A stretch of DNA of 64,000 bases from a virus: IMG/VR virus record IMGVR_UViG_3300030107_002332. One strand, given 5' to 3'. The stretch's first letter is position 1. Each line of letters starts with the position of its first letter. Below the pieces are notes generated by a model, which was not told the origin of the DNA, did not search any database, and saw only the letters and a list, made by a program, of their open reading frames with translations. Both the position numbers and the translations under genes were made by a program. Shown in pieces: positions 1 to 7,986 of this stretch.

Positions 1-741
1 AACTCCATCATTATAGTACAACTTATGGAAAGTGTCAAAGGGATTTCTATAAAAAGTTGTCTTAAGAGTTTCTGTATCAAATACATGGAACCCTCTCTTA
101 GTACCATAATCATTCCAATACAACTGATAAGGATTACCAAGATAATATACGTTGTCTGTATTTGACTTCTGATGATAATGTCCTGAGAATACCTTCTTAA
201 ATTTACTGAATGGAGACACCTCCATACCAGCATCCATCACATGACCAGGATGAGCCTCAAAGCCGTTAAGCTCAAGATGGCCCATACAGACAGGAGCAGT
301 ACTGTCTGCGATGCTTCGGAAGGTTCTGTCGTAGTTGTCATCACATATCCAAGGAAGAAGTAGAATGTCAATACCACCAAAGTTACTGGTAGTAGGCTCT
401 TCAATGATATCCATGTTGTCGTATTCTCCCAATAGTTCTGTTGGGGAATTAATTCTAAGAGTATTTTTATAGTAGATATCATGGTTGCCTATTAATGTAG
501 TCATATGACAACCCAATTCTTTTACAGGGTCAAACCACATCTCCTTTGCCTCATCAAGAGACATGAAATTAATAAACCGTCTTCTATCAAAGGTATCACC
601 TAAATTTATAATGGTTTTAATCTTTGATGCTTTTAAAAACGGTACTACTATCTCACCATAAAACTTCTTATAATGAGAAATGAAATGTTGATTGTCATTC
701 CGTACACCGAAATGCTGATCTGTTATTAATAATATCTTCAT
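1..741 (-). CDS. g47: Recombination endonuclease subunit gp47 (Mre11/SbcD-like metallophosphoesterase); N-terminal part, runs off the window edge
   Basis: Not in the ORF track. Manual translation from the ATG at 739-741 gives [16 protein letters not shown]...NLGDTFDRR...[12 protein letters not shown]...FSGHYHQKS...[12 protein letters not shown], the metallophosphoesterase motifs of gp47. ATGA overlap with the pyrE stop; the frame is open to base 1. Confidence 0.93.
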   Translation of the reverse strand, partial: MKILLITDQHFGVRNDNQHFISHYKKFYGEIVVPFLKASKIKTIINLGDTFDRRRFINFMSLDEAKEMWFDPVKELGCHMTTLIGNHDIYYKNTLRINSPTELLGEYDNMDIIEEPTTSNFGGIDILLLPWICDDNYDRTFRSIADSTAPVCMGHLELNGFEAHPGHVMDAGMEVSPFSKFKKVFSGHYHQKSNTDNVYYLGNPYQLYWNDYGTKRGFHVFDTETLKTTFYRNPFDTFHKLYYNDGV

Positions 742-1256
742 GACAGATCATCAATAGTATACAACGAATATAATTCTACCTCTTGATCATACCATAAAAA
801 TGGTTCATACTCTTTCCTATCTACAATAGTAACAACTCTTTCTACATCATATCCTGCTTCACGTAACTTTGCTACTGCCTTAAGAGATGATCCACCAGTG
901 GTAACAACATCTTCTAATACTGTAACCTTAGTACCTTCTGGATGCACTGGACCTTCTATCCATGCACCAGTACCATGACCTTTAGGTTCCTTACGGATAA
1001 TTAAGGCATCAAGACTTCCCTTCATAGCAACACCTGCTACTAAAGGATCTGCACCAAGAGTAAGACCTGCCACTACAGGGGTATCAACATACTTCAATAG
1101 CATTGTAGCAGTAAGGTTCAACCCATAACCATTTAGTATGACAGGTTTGCAATTGACATAATGCTCACTGGTCTTACCAGAAGACAATTTATACTCACCC
1201 TTACGGTAAGCCCTCTCTTTTATCAGTGTTAGTAAGGCTTCTTTAACGCTTGGCAT
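738..1256 (-). CDS. pyrE: Orotate phosphoribosyltransferase (auxiliary metabolic gene)
   Basis: [24 protein letters not shown] and the PRPP-binding motif [13 protein letters not shown]. Confidence 0.93.
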   Translation of the reverse strand: MPSVKEALLTLIKERAYRKGEYKLSSGKTSEHYVNCKPVILNGYGLNLTATMLLKYVDTPVVAGLTLGADPLVAGVAMKGSLDALIIRKEPKGHGTGAWIEGPVHPEGTKVTVLEDVVTTGGSSLKAVAKLREAGYDVERVVTIVDRKEYEPFLWYDQEVELYSLYTIDDLS

Positions 1257-1716
1257 TCATCTCAACGCGATTTTTAATCTGATTATAATCGGTATGCCCA
1301 TCTCCGTCAACCGAGAATACATGATCGTATCCTGATTTCTCTAAAATTTTATCTTTGATATCCATCTGACGTTTCTCTTTAGCAATACGTCTTAGGAATG
1401 CATAGTAAACTATCTGCGTAAAATAAGCAAAGGGATTCTTACTCTTCGCTGGATCAAAGTTATCTATGTACTGTATACAATTCTCTATACCATCACACAC
1501 CATATCATCCTTATACATGTAGTTGATGAAATTTGGTCTGTATGATAAGTGTGTTGCTATCTTTAAGAAGCATCCACCAATGTAATTATTAACTCTTGGT
1601 TTAGGTAATCCTTGCTCTTCAGCAATCTTAACCTTTTCTTTATACTTTACAATAGCAGCAAGAAAGTCAGCATTATTAACGTAATGTTGCTTCTTCTTAG
1701 GTGCAGTTTTCTTCAT
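1243..1716 (-). CDS. g55: Sigma factor for late transcription gp55
   Basis: HYVNNADFL...[14 protein letters not shown]...[42 protein letters not shown] is characteristic of T4-like gp55; upstream of g47. Confidence 0.95.
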   Translation of the reverse strand: MKKTAPKKKQHYVNNADFLAAIVKYKEKVKIAEEQGLPKPRVNNYIGGCFLKIATHLSYRPNFINYMYKDDMVCDGIENCIQYIDNFDPAKSKNPFAYFTQIVYYAFLRRIAKEKRQMDIKDKILEKSGYDHVFSVDGDGHTDYNQIKNRVEMNAKR

Positions 1717-1740
1717 TATTTACATTCCCTTTGCCTTATT

Positions 1741-1769
1741 ATTATATCAAAGCTTGACACGTTTGTCAA
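1741..1769 (-). promoter_or_regulatory. Consensus sigma70-type (early/middle) promoter for g55-pyrE-g47
   Basis: Minus strand TTGACA (1769-1764), 17-nt spacer, TATAAT (1746-1741), with an extended -10 TG; 25 nt upstream of the g55 ATG. Confidence 0.85.
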
Positions 1770-1782
1770 TTTCCTGTACACT
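1754..1782 (+). promoter_or_regulatory. Putative antisense sigma70-type promoter interlocked with the g55 promoter
   Basis: Plus strand TTGACA (1754-1759), 17-nt spacer, TACACT (1777-1782); points antisense into the 147-aa gene and uvsW. Confidence 0.5.
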
Positions 1783-1807
1783 AACCGTGTAAGGGTTCAG
1801 GGCAATA

Positions 1808-2251
1808 TTATAAGTTAAATAGTTTTTCAAACTTGGCACGTGCCTCATCAATTTTTCCAAGATATCCTTTAGCATTTTGAATACTAGATCTCTTACGTGC
1901 TACTCGTTCCTTTTTTGCATCATTATTTTCATCCTTTTCATTAGCAAGATAAGTTTCATACATTAATACTACTTCCTTACTCATAGAGGCGACGGCAATG
2001 ATATCTTTTTCACGAATAATATAAAATTCTTCATCAGATAATTGCATCCAGCGATGGAAACCCATTCCACGCATCATCTTATCTTCTGATATTCTTTTTT
2101 CTATAACTTGTATCACAACAGGATCACTTATGAAACATAGAGTTTCATTACTTTCATTCGTTAAAACAGCTTTACCAAGGATCTCTTCTCCATTAAGGAG
2201 TTTAAAAACTCCGTAAAACTCTTCATCATGTTTAGCGTAATTAATTGCCAT
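1808..2251 (-). CDS. Conserved cyanomyovirus hypothetical protein (possibly Sm-like fold)
   Basis: 147-aa ORF in the usual uvsW-to-g55 slot; FKLLNGEEILG...PVVI...W...SDEEFYIIREKDII pattern; overlaps the uvsW stop. Confidence 0.75.
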   Translation of the reverse strand: MAINYAKHDEEFYGVFKLLNGEEILGKAVLTNESNETLCFISDPVVIQVIEKRISEDKMMRGMGFHRWMQLSDEEFYIIREKDIIAVASMSKEVVLMYETYLANEKDENNDAKKERVARKRSSIQNAKGYLGKIDEARAKFEKLFNL

Positions 2252-3713
2252 TTGATTTTACTTTTACATCTATGATTTCATAATTAAATTTTTCATCTCT
2301 ATAGATTTTGAGTCTTTCAAAGAGATGAAGGAGAGTATAGTTCTTTCCATTATCTCTACTAATATTGTCAGCTATATCATATAATGTTGCTACTTCTTTT
2401 CCAATGCCGACCCGAAGTACCCGTCCAATTGATTGGAGATTTCGGATTCTGGACTTGGAGGGACTGGCGAAGACGATGTTGTGCAACCGTTTAATGTTAA
2501 CCCCAGTACTGAAAGTGCCATAACTGGCAACAATAATCGAATCATTTTCATTTTCTACTAAGTGTCTTATTTGTTCACGGTCATCAACATCCACCCCACC
2601 ATAAACGAAGTGTACTGGTTTGTCCGTATGACTATTTATCATCTCATACAAAGGCATACCGTGCTTCTCTACATAGTTAAAAAGGACAAGGGTATTACCT
2701 TTAAGATCACATGCTAAATTACGAATAAATTTATTACGTTGTTCATGCTCACAAAGGTATTCTATTTCATCTTGATATCCATCAAAGACTTGTTCATCAT
2801 GTTTAAGTACAATAACTTTAACTTTAAGCTGAGCAACATGACCTTTCTTCATCAATTGATGAGTCCTAGTTACTTGAGAACATCTACCAAAGACACCCTC
2901 AAGTACAAGTTGATTAACATTAGCACCGTCTAATGTACCAGTAAAACCGTATCGGTATTTACATCCATGCAATTTATGCATAATCGTAGTAAGAGATTTG
3001 GCTTTGAACTGGTGAGCCTCGTCACCTATGACGACATTAAACCTCTCAAACCATTTACGAGGTTGCTTATAAACAGATTGCCAAGTGGTAATTATGCAAT
3101 CAGCTTCCGAATTTTTCTCTTCCCCCGCATATATTTTGTGGCAGTGTTTGGATGCCATCCATCCATATTCTTCAAAGTCTTTATACATCTGCTCAACAAG
3201 AGACGTAGTAGGTACTACGATTAAAACTTTTCTTTTAACATTTACATGAAACCGAACCAATGAATAAATCATTAAGGATTTCCCGCTTGCAGTTGGGGAC
3301 AATAGGAGTCGTCTGTTGTATCGTAGGCATTCGTATATTGCTGAATATTGGTAGTCGCGAGCCTTTACAGGAATCCCCAGTGCCTTCACAAAGCCCACAA
3401 CAGATTCAGGAGTTACAAGATTATTCTGATCTATGGGATGACCGAAATTTTCTGACTCCTGAAATTGATAAGTATATCCCTTCTCCTGAGCCCAGTCCGT
3501 CAGATAGTCAACTAGACCGCAATATATCTCTCCAGTAGCAGGAGAGTATAAATGTACCTTACCATCCCAACCTCTATATCTGTTCTTCCTCTGCATATAT
3601 TTCGCAGACTCAACATCAAAAGAAAAATATTCTGCTGCTTCTTTATGAAGATGAGGTTCTGCTTCAACCTTTAGATAGACTTCGTTCTTTTTCTTGATCG
3701 ACAAGTCCATCAT
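2241..3713 (-). CDS. uvsW: RNA-DNA/DNA-DNA helicase UvsW (SF2)
   Basis: Walker A SPTASGKS, DEAH box, GFTGT, YGTFSTGVNI, QSIGRVLR. The start is probably 3713 (TAATG overlap with the uvsY stop) rather than 3740. Confidence 0.95.
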   Translation of the reverse strand: MMDLSIKKKNEVYLKVEAEPHLHKEAAEYFSFDVESAKYMQRKNRYRGWDGKVHLYSPATGEIYCGLVDYLTDWAQEKGYTYQFQESENFGHPIDQNNLVTPESVVGFVKALGIPVKARDYQYSAIYECLRYNRRLLLSPTASGKSLMIYSLVRFHVNVKRKVLIVVPTTSLVEQMYKDFEEYGWMASKHCHKIYAGEEKNSEADCIITTWQSVYKQPRKWFERFNVVIGDEAHQFKAKSLTTIMHKLHGCKYRYGFTGTLDGANVNQLVLEGVFGRCSQVTRTHQLMKKGHVAQLKVKVIVLKHDEQVFDGYQDEIEYLCEHEQRNKFIRNLACDLKGNTLVLFNYVEKHGMPLYEMINSHTDKPVHFVYGGVDVDDREQIRHLVENENDSIIVASYGTFSTGVNIKRLHNIVFASPSKSRIRNLQSIGRVLRVGIGKEVATLYDIADNISRDNGKNYTLLHLFERLKIYRDEKFNYEIIDVKVKSNGN

Positions 3714-4141
3714 TACATACCTGCTTGAAATTTCTCCCACTCAATAGCGTTTTTAATTTGAAAATTACGACTGTTGATTTGCCGTAAAACACCGTCAAGA
3801 AAGAAGAGTACTTGTTCTATGTAGTCGATCTTGTACTGAAGTTTTCTGACATCATCATCAGCATCGATAAACATATTAACTTCTTCTTTAGTAGTTAATT
3901 TAAAATCAAAAGGCACCTCACGATACACTGTCGCAGGTGCCTTTCCTTTATAGTATATCCATTTCTCTTTAATCAAACCTCTCATCTCACCTTCTCTATC
4001 TTTCTTCATTAAAGAAAAGGTATTATAAAACTCCATCCATCTCTGATGGAGTTGAGGTATTATTATAGAGGCATTACCATATTGATCAGTATCTATTTGG
4101 CAATCACTCTTCCACTTTTCCTGAAGTGTTTCCAGATTCAT
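3713..4141 (-). CDS. uvsY: Recombination mediator UvsY
   Basis: MNLETLQEKWKSDCQID...LHQRW...YYKGKAP..VY...PF.....K......I.AD...RNFQIKNAIEWEKFQAG; adjacent to uvsW; start placed at the second Met (4141). Confidence 0.9.
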   Translation of the reverse strand: MNLETLQEKWKSDCQIDTDQYGNASIIIPQLHQRWMEFYNTFSLMKKDREGEMRGLIKEKWIYYKGKAPATVYREVPFDFKLTTKEEVNMFIDADDDVRKLQYKIDYIEQVLFFLDGVLRQINSRNFQIKNAIEWEKFQAGM

Positions 4142-4370
4142 AACTATCTTGCTTCTTATAAAATTCACTTAGACTGGATTGACAGTCTGGGGGTTCAGGA
4201 TCCTTGATCCCTTTCATCTTTTTCCAGTTGCCGTGCATCGCTCCGAGGATCCAACTTTGGGAAAGAGACTTGGGTCCGTTCTCCAAAAGCTCGATTTGAA
4301 ATTTCGAGAGACCAGCCTTCATCCCCAAATACTCCTGTCTCCACGATGTGTCTATGGTTTGTTCTGTCAT
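4104..4370 (-). CDS. Small hypothetical protein (88 aa), largely overlapping its neighbours
   Basis: MTEQTIDTSWRQEY...ELLENGPKSLSQSWILGAM...WKKMKGIKDPEPPDCQSS. GGAG Shine-Dalgarno about 5 nt before the ATG at 4370; resembles small cyanophage proteins seen upstream of uvsY. Confidence 0.7.
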   Translation of the reverse strand: MTEQTIDTSWRQEYLGMKAGLSKFQIELLENGPKSLSQSWILGAMHGNWKKMKGIKDPEPPDCQSSLSEFYKKQDSYESGNTSGKVEE

Positions 4371-4581
4371 TATTCTCCCATTCTTGTACGATATTAGCAG
4401 CTTGAAGGTCAACCTCCCTCATGGTATTCTGTATTTTAGCATCAATCCAGATTTTTTTCAACCATTCTATGAGTCCCTGTGCCAGAAAATTAATTGGCAC
4501 AGGTTGTTTCTTTGCCCATCTTTCGAGCTTCAGATACCATGTATCCTTACCACCCCAGTGATGTTCAAACTCAAACTTCAT
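4195..4581 (-). CDS. Hypothetical protein (128 aa)
   Basis: ATGA-coupled to the g3 stop; MKFEFEHHWGGKDTWY... Confidence 0.7.
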   Translation of the reverse strand: MKFEFEHHWGGKDTWYLKLERWAKKQPVPINFLAQGLIEWLKKIWIDAKIQNTMREVDLQAANIVQEWENNDRTNHRHIVETGVFGDEGWSLEISNRAFGERTQVSFPKLDPRSDARQLEKDERDQGS

Positions 4582-5129
4582 CGTCTCTTCTGAGTATTCT
4601 TATCTCTGATCTCGTATAACATATACTCAAAGGTAGCACTTGCAGTAAAGTATTCATTATCTGTTCCCGTAACATCAAAGTTAACAGTAGATAAAGATAC
4701 AGGAAATAAACTCTTAAATACAACATCAAAATTTATAATATTATTATTGTTCAATACTTGTAGTGTAGCATCAGAGAACCTTGTCTCTTGTGATGGACTA
4801 AACCTTGCATACTTATTATTCCAATCTTCTCTTTCCTGAGCATCTTGAGGTATACCTAATGCTCTGATCCAATTGTGAATCTCCATATAGTTTCTTAAAT
4901 CTTCATCAACTATAAATTCAAGATTAAGATTTCCATACTGGATATTTCCGTCAATTGGGATAGGTACCATACCCCTAGTAGGTATATCGACCTTACCTAA
5001 AGTGATTTCAGGTATCTCTGCTTTCTGGCATAAAAACGATACCTTCTTCGCCTTATCCAATACGAATAAGAATCCTATTGGAGAAAGATAATTTTTATTT
5101 GTTAATTGATCCTTATACCAGTTTGCCAT
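4578..5129 (-). CDS. g3: Tail tube terminator / tail completion protein gp3
   Basis: NYLSPIGF.F...K...FLCQ.A.IP.ITLG...IPT......G..I.YG.L...F.VDED..NY.EI..W...LG...SDATL.VL...F..LFP.SL....FD motif string of gp3. Confidence 0.9.
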   Translation of the reverse strand: MANWYKDQLTNKNYLSPIGFLFVLDKAKKVSFLCQKAEIPEITLGKVDIPTRGMVPIPIDGNIQYGNLNLEFIVDEDLRNYMEIHNWIRALGIPQDAQEREDWNNKYARFSPSQETRFSDATLQVLNNNNIINFDVVFKSLFPVSLSTVNFDVTGTDNEYFTASATFEYMLYEIRDKNTQKRR

Positions 5130-5130
5130 T

Positions 5131-5721
5131 TTATGCGTTAATATTTTCTAACCATGATGTAGCAATGTACTTTTCTCCTGAGAGTGGTGGATTGCCTCTA
5201 TGAGTATGAGTGAATCCTCCTGGCCAAATTAATACTTGTCCTCTCTTAGGTTGGAACCGTTTTGATTGATATAGAAATTCAGTTTCTCCACCATCAGTAA
5301 CAGTGTTTAGGTACATCATCGTTGCTAATATGCGACGATTACATCCCACACTACCATCTTCTGAATGCCAAGAGTGATACCCCTCTTGTGGTAGAGTTCT
5401 CTGTACATTTAAGTATACCTGTTGGTAACGAAAATGAATCATTTGTTCAAACTTATTGACATAATCTTCTAAGCATGCACCAATAATTTGATTGTATTGC
5501 TGCATATAAAGATAACCGCAGTTATGATCTACCATGAAATCTTCTGTAGCAAGACAGGTATCTTTTCTGGTATGAGGTTTTCTCTCCTTACCAAAGATGC
5601 CTCTCCTTTTAAAAGTAGCACCTACCTTATCTTGATACTTCCAATATTCAATCAATGGATCACAGTCATATTCAGTATCATAGATACCGATAAACCCTTC
5701 ATAGTTTATGTCAGTAATCAT
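5131..5721 (-). CDS. 2OG-Fe(II) oxygenase (prolyl 4-hydroxylase-like)
   Basis: GYHSWHSED (HxD/E-type iron ligands), RILATMMYLN, GGETEF, WPGGFTHTHRGNPP...KYIATSW. Confidence 0.9.
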   Translation of the reverse strand: MITDINYEGFIGIYDTEYDCDPLIEYWKYQDKVGATFKRRGIFGKERKPHTRKDTCLATEDFMVDHNCGYLYMQQYNQIIGACLEDYVNKFEQMIHFRYQQVYLNVQRTLPQEGYHSWHSEDGSVGCNRRILATMMYLNTVTDGGETEFLYQSKRFQPKRGQVLIWPGGFTHTHRGNPPLSGEKYIATSWLENINA

Positions 5722-5740
5722 AGCAAAGTCATAATTTTAA

Positions 5741-6640
5741 CTATTTAGTCACGTACCCAATGACCCCATCTATCTCTATTTCAGGTGGAACAATTAGTAC
5801 AAAACCAATACCCATATTAAATACTCTTCTCATTTCTTCCTCTTCTATCTCACCTGCTTCTTTTATCTTATTAAAGATCTCTGGCCTCTCCCAAGAAGTC
5901 CAATCAATATTAGCCTTTAATCCTTCAGGTAATATACGTGGAACATTCTCAATCAATCCACCACCTGTGATATGTGCCATACCTACAATAGGTATCTCAT
6001 CCAGTAGATCTTTAACCTGTGGCCAATAGATTGTAGTTGGTGTAAGTAACTCAGGAGTATCCTTATAATAAATCTTATGTCTCCATAACATATCATTGAT
6101 AAGACTGTATCCATTACTATGCAGTCCACTACTGGGTAATCCTACTATCTTATCACCTTCTTTAATTAGACTACCATTAATAATTTCATTCTGTTCTACA
6201 ACACCTGTACAAAATCCTGCAAGATCATAGTCTTTAGCAAACCTACCATGTTCAGCAGTCTCACCACCTAAGAGATGTACCATTGCCAGATCACATCCCT
6301 TGATAATACCTTCCATTATCTGATCTGCTTTATCATCTAACTTCTCACAAGAAATATAATCTAAGAAGTATAATGGATGTGCTCCACAACAAATCACATC
6401 ATTAACACACATAGCAACAAGATCTATACCAATGGTTGTCCAATCATTGAACACCTGTGCCATATTAATTTTAGTACCTACACCATCAGTACCAGAAACT
6501 AATACAGGTTTCTCATAACCAGATGGTAATGGTATCATTCCATTAAACCCACCAATGTGAGGAAGTTTTGATTTTAATCTTTGAACAAATGCATTACCAG
6601 CATCTATATCAACACCAGAGTCTTTATAATTCATAATCAA
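5741..6640 (-). CDS. purM: Phosphoribosylaminoimidazole (AIR) synthetase (auxiliary metabolic gene)
   Basis: YKDSGVDIDAGN, LVSGTDGVGTK, IGIDLVAMCVND, PLYFLDY, GGETAE, SSGLHSNGYSL, HITGGG, FNMGIG. Confidence 0.95.
   Translation of the reverse strand: MIMNYKDSGVDIDAGNAFVQRLKSKLPHIGGFNGMIPLPSGYEKPVLVSGTDGVGTKINMAQVFNDWTTIGIDLVAMCVNDVICCGAHPLYFLDYISCEKLDDKADQIMEGIIKGCDLAMVHLLGGETAEHGRFAKDYDLAGFCTGVVEQNEIINGSLIKEGDKIVGLPSSGLHSNGYSLINDMLWRHKIYYKDTPELLTPTTIYWPQVKDLLDEIPIVGMAHITGGGLIENVPRILPEGLKANIDWTSWERPEIFNKIKEAGEIEEEEMRRVFNMGIGFVLIVPPEIEIDGVIGYVTK
5742..5748 (-). promoter_or_regulatory. Putative late promoter (CTAAATA) for the 2OG-Fe(II) oxygenase and g3
   Basis: CTAAATA overlaps the purM stop, 21 nt upstream of the ATG at 5721; T4 late consensus is TATAAATA. 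Confidence 0.5.
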
Positions 6641-6849
6641 TCAGTTATTCCATATTTTGTTAGATCATACTTAGGTAACCTTAATGGTTCATGTTCCACT
6701 TTGGGTGGTTTACCTATTATATCCTCAACATCAGATACTATCTTCTTCTTAGAGATATGATATGGTGTTGGTGCATTTTGTAAGCACACTTGTAAACACA
6801 GTAGTTGCTCATCAGTGAATGTAAAGGTATGATCAGGCATGAACTGCAC
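6637..6849 (-). CDS. Hypothetical protein (70 aa)
   Basis: Stop overlaps the purM ATG (ATGA); same strand, tight packing. Confidence 0.6.
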   Translation of the reverse strand: MQFMPDHTFTFTDEQLLCLQVCLQNAPTPYHISKKKIVSDVEDIIGKPPKVEHEPLRLPKYDLTKYGITD

Positions 6850-7033
6850 AAGAAGAATGAGGATCCCAACAATCAGGACATTCCATTTCCGTCTGATAGT
6901 TTTCTAACTTATGGATTAAATCATCCATCTGTCTATCAAAATAATCAGCACCTTTTTTCTTGTGGTCAATACGTTCCTTTCTCCATTGACATGTCCATAT
7001 CAATCTTTGGATATCACGTTCGTTAAATTGCAT
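6833..7033 (-). CDS. Hypothetical protein (66 aa) with a Cys-rich C-terminus (CPDC...CAVH)
   Basis: First ORF downstream of the tRNA; overlaps the next ORF. Confidence 0.6.
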   Translation of the reverse strand: MQFNERDIQRLIWTCQWRKERIDHKKKGADYFDRQMDDLIHKLENYQTEMECPDCWDPHSSCAVHA

Positions 7034-7072
7034 TAGAGGATATAATCATAATAAGATATATAGTATTTTAAA

Positions 7073-7160
7073 CTGTGAGGGATGGAGTCGAACCATCAAG
7101 TCCCGCAAGCAGAACAGCAGGGAAACAGCCTGCCACGTTTACCAGTTTCGTCACCTCACA
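7073..7160 (-). tRNA. trnN: tRNA with Asn (GTT) anticodon, long variable arm and U37; CCA not encoded
   Basis: Minus strand folds as TGTGAGG TG ACG AAACTGGTAAA CGT G GCAGG CTGTTTC CCTGC T GTTCTG CTTG CGGGAC TT GATGG TTCGACT CCATC CCTCACA G: 7-bp acceptor stem, D-loop GG, 5-bp anticodon stem, TTCGA T-loop. Confidence 0.88.
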
Positions 7161-7168
7161 TTGAAGCC

Positions 7169-7966
7169 CTATTTAAGGGCTGAGATTATACGGGTCATTC
7201 CGATCCCTCCACCACTTCTGGGGAAGAAGTCAAAGTCAAGGAACTGTTCAAGTTCTTGCTCTACCCTACTTCTACCAAACTTGTCTATAATCAGTTGAGC
7301 ATAACCTCCATCTGATATAGTATAGAATGTATCACGCATTTGATCCTTGTCGGTACTCCTTTCAGCACTACCGATAGTTTCCATGCCACCTAATATAACG
7401 TCAATCTTTTTACTTGTCCCATCAGTATTTCTTGCCATATTCCAGAATGGTGATGTCCACTCAGGGAAGTCAGTAATCATACCTCTACCAATTTGTTTCT
7501 CATGATCATGGTCTATCTCCTTAGTCTTAAATGCCTCAGCCCATGATGCATATTTTTTAATGTTATATTCTTCCAATGGTACACCTAACCATTGACACAA
7601 TTCTATCTCCATTTCTTTTAGTTCTTCTACACCACCCTTCATTTCAAATTCAAACATGGGGAAGATAGTCTCATGTCTACCTGGTACAGGATTTGGTTCT
7701 GCTCTATAAGATGTAGAGACACAGAAAAACCCTTCTTCTGAAGGGTTAGAAAGTAATTCATGTTCAAGCCACATCTGACCTGTCTGTGGTAGTGGCCAGA
7801 TATTACCACCATAATTATAACTTGCTACGGTTTCTGGATCTTCACAAGCAGCAAGGATGCTTAATCTATTTTGTGTGTGAACTTCCAGAAAGTTTTTAGA
7901 CAAAAAAAACGACCTCAATAGGCCGACAGCATCTGAAAATTCTCTTGGATCAATCAAACTCGTCAT
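7169..7966 (-). CDS. Class II (AsnRS/AspRS-like) aminoacyl-tRNA synthetase catalytic-core paralog lacking the anticodon-binding domain (265 aa)
   Basis: Motif 1-like LRSFFLSKNFLEVHT, motif 2 SYRAE...GRHETIFPMFEFE, ETIGSAERS, motif 3 PRSGGGIGMTR. The start is placed at Met 7966 because the ORF-track extension to 8047 crosses the g23 terminator. Confidence 0.85.
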   Translation of the reverse strand: MTSLIDPREFSDAVGLLRSFFLSKNFLEVHTQNRLSILAACEDPETVASYNYGGNIWPLPQTGQMWLEHELLSNPSEEGFFCVSTSYRAEPNPVPGRHETIFPMFEFEMKGGVEELKEMEIELCQWLGVPLEEYNIKKYASWAEAFKTKEIDHDHEKQIGRGMITDFPEWTSPFWNMARNTDGTSKKIDVILGGMETIGSAERSTDKDQMRDTFYTISDGGYAQLIIDKFGRSRVEQELEQFLDFDFFPRSGGGIGMTRIISALK

Positions 7967-7986
7967 TATTTTTGGACAAACTAATC

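Noticed and set aside
237-482. 81-aa minus-strand ORF in the track
   Set aside because: Alternate frame inside g47, whose true frame (741 to 1) carries all the nuclease motifs
2739-3224. Two plus-strand ORFs (64 and 85 aa) within uvsW
   Set aside because: In-register antisense shadows, the frame most often open opposite a coding gene; no RBS or protein-like features
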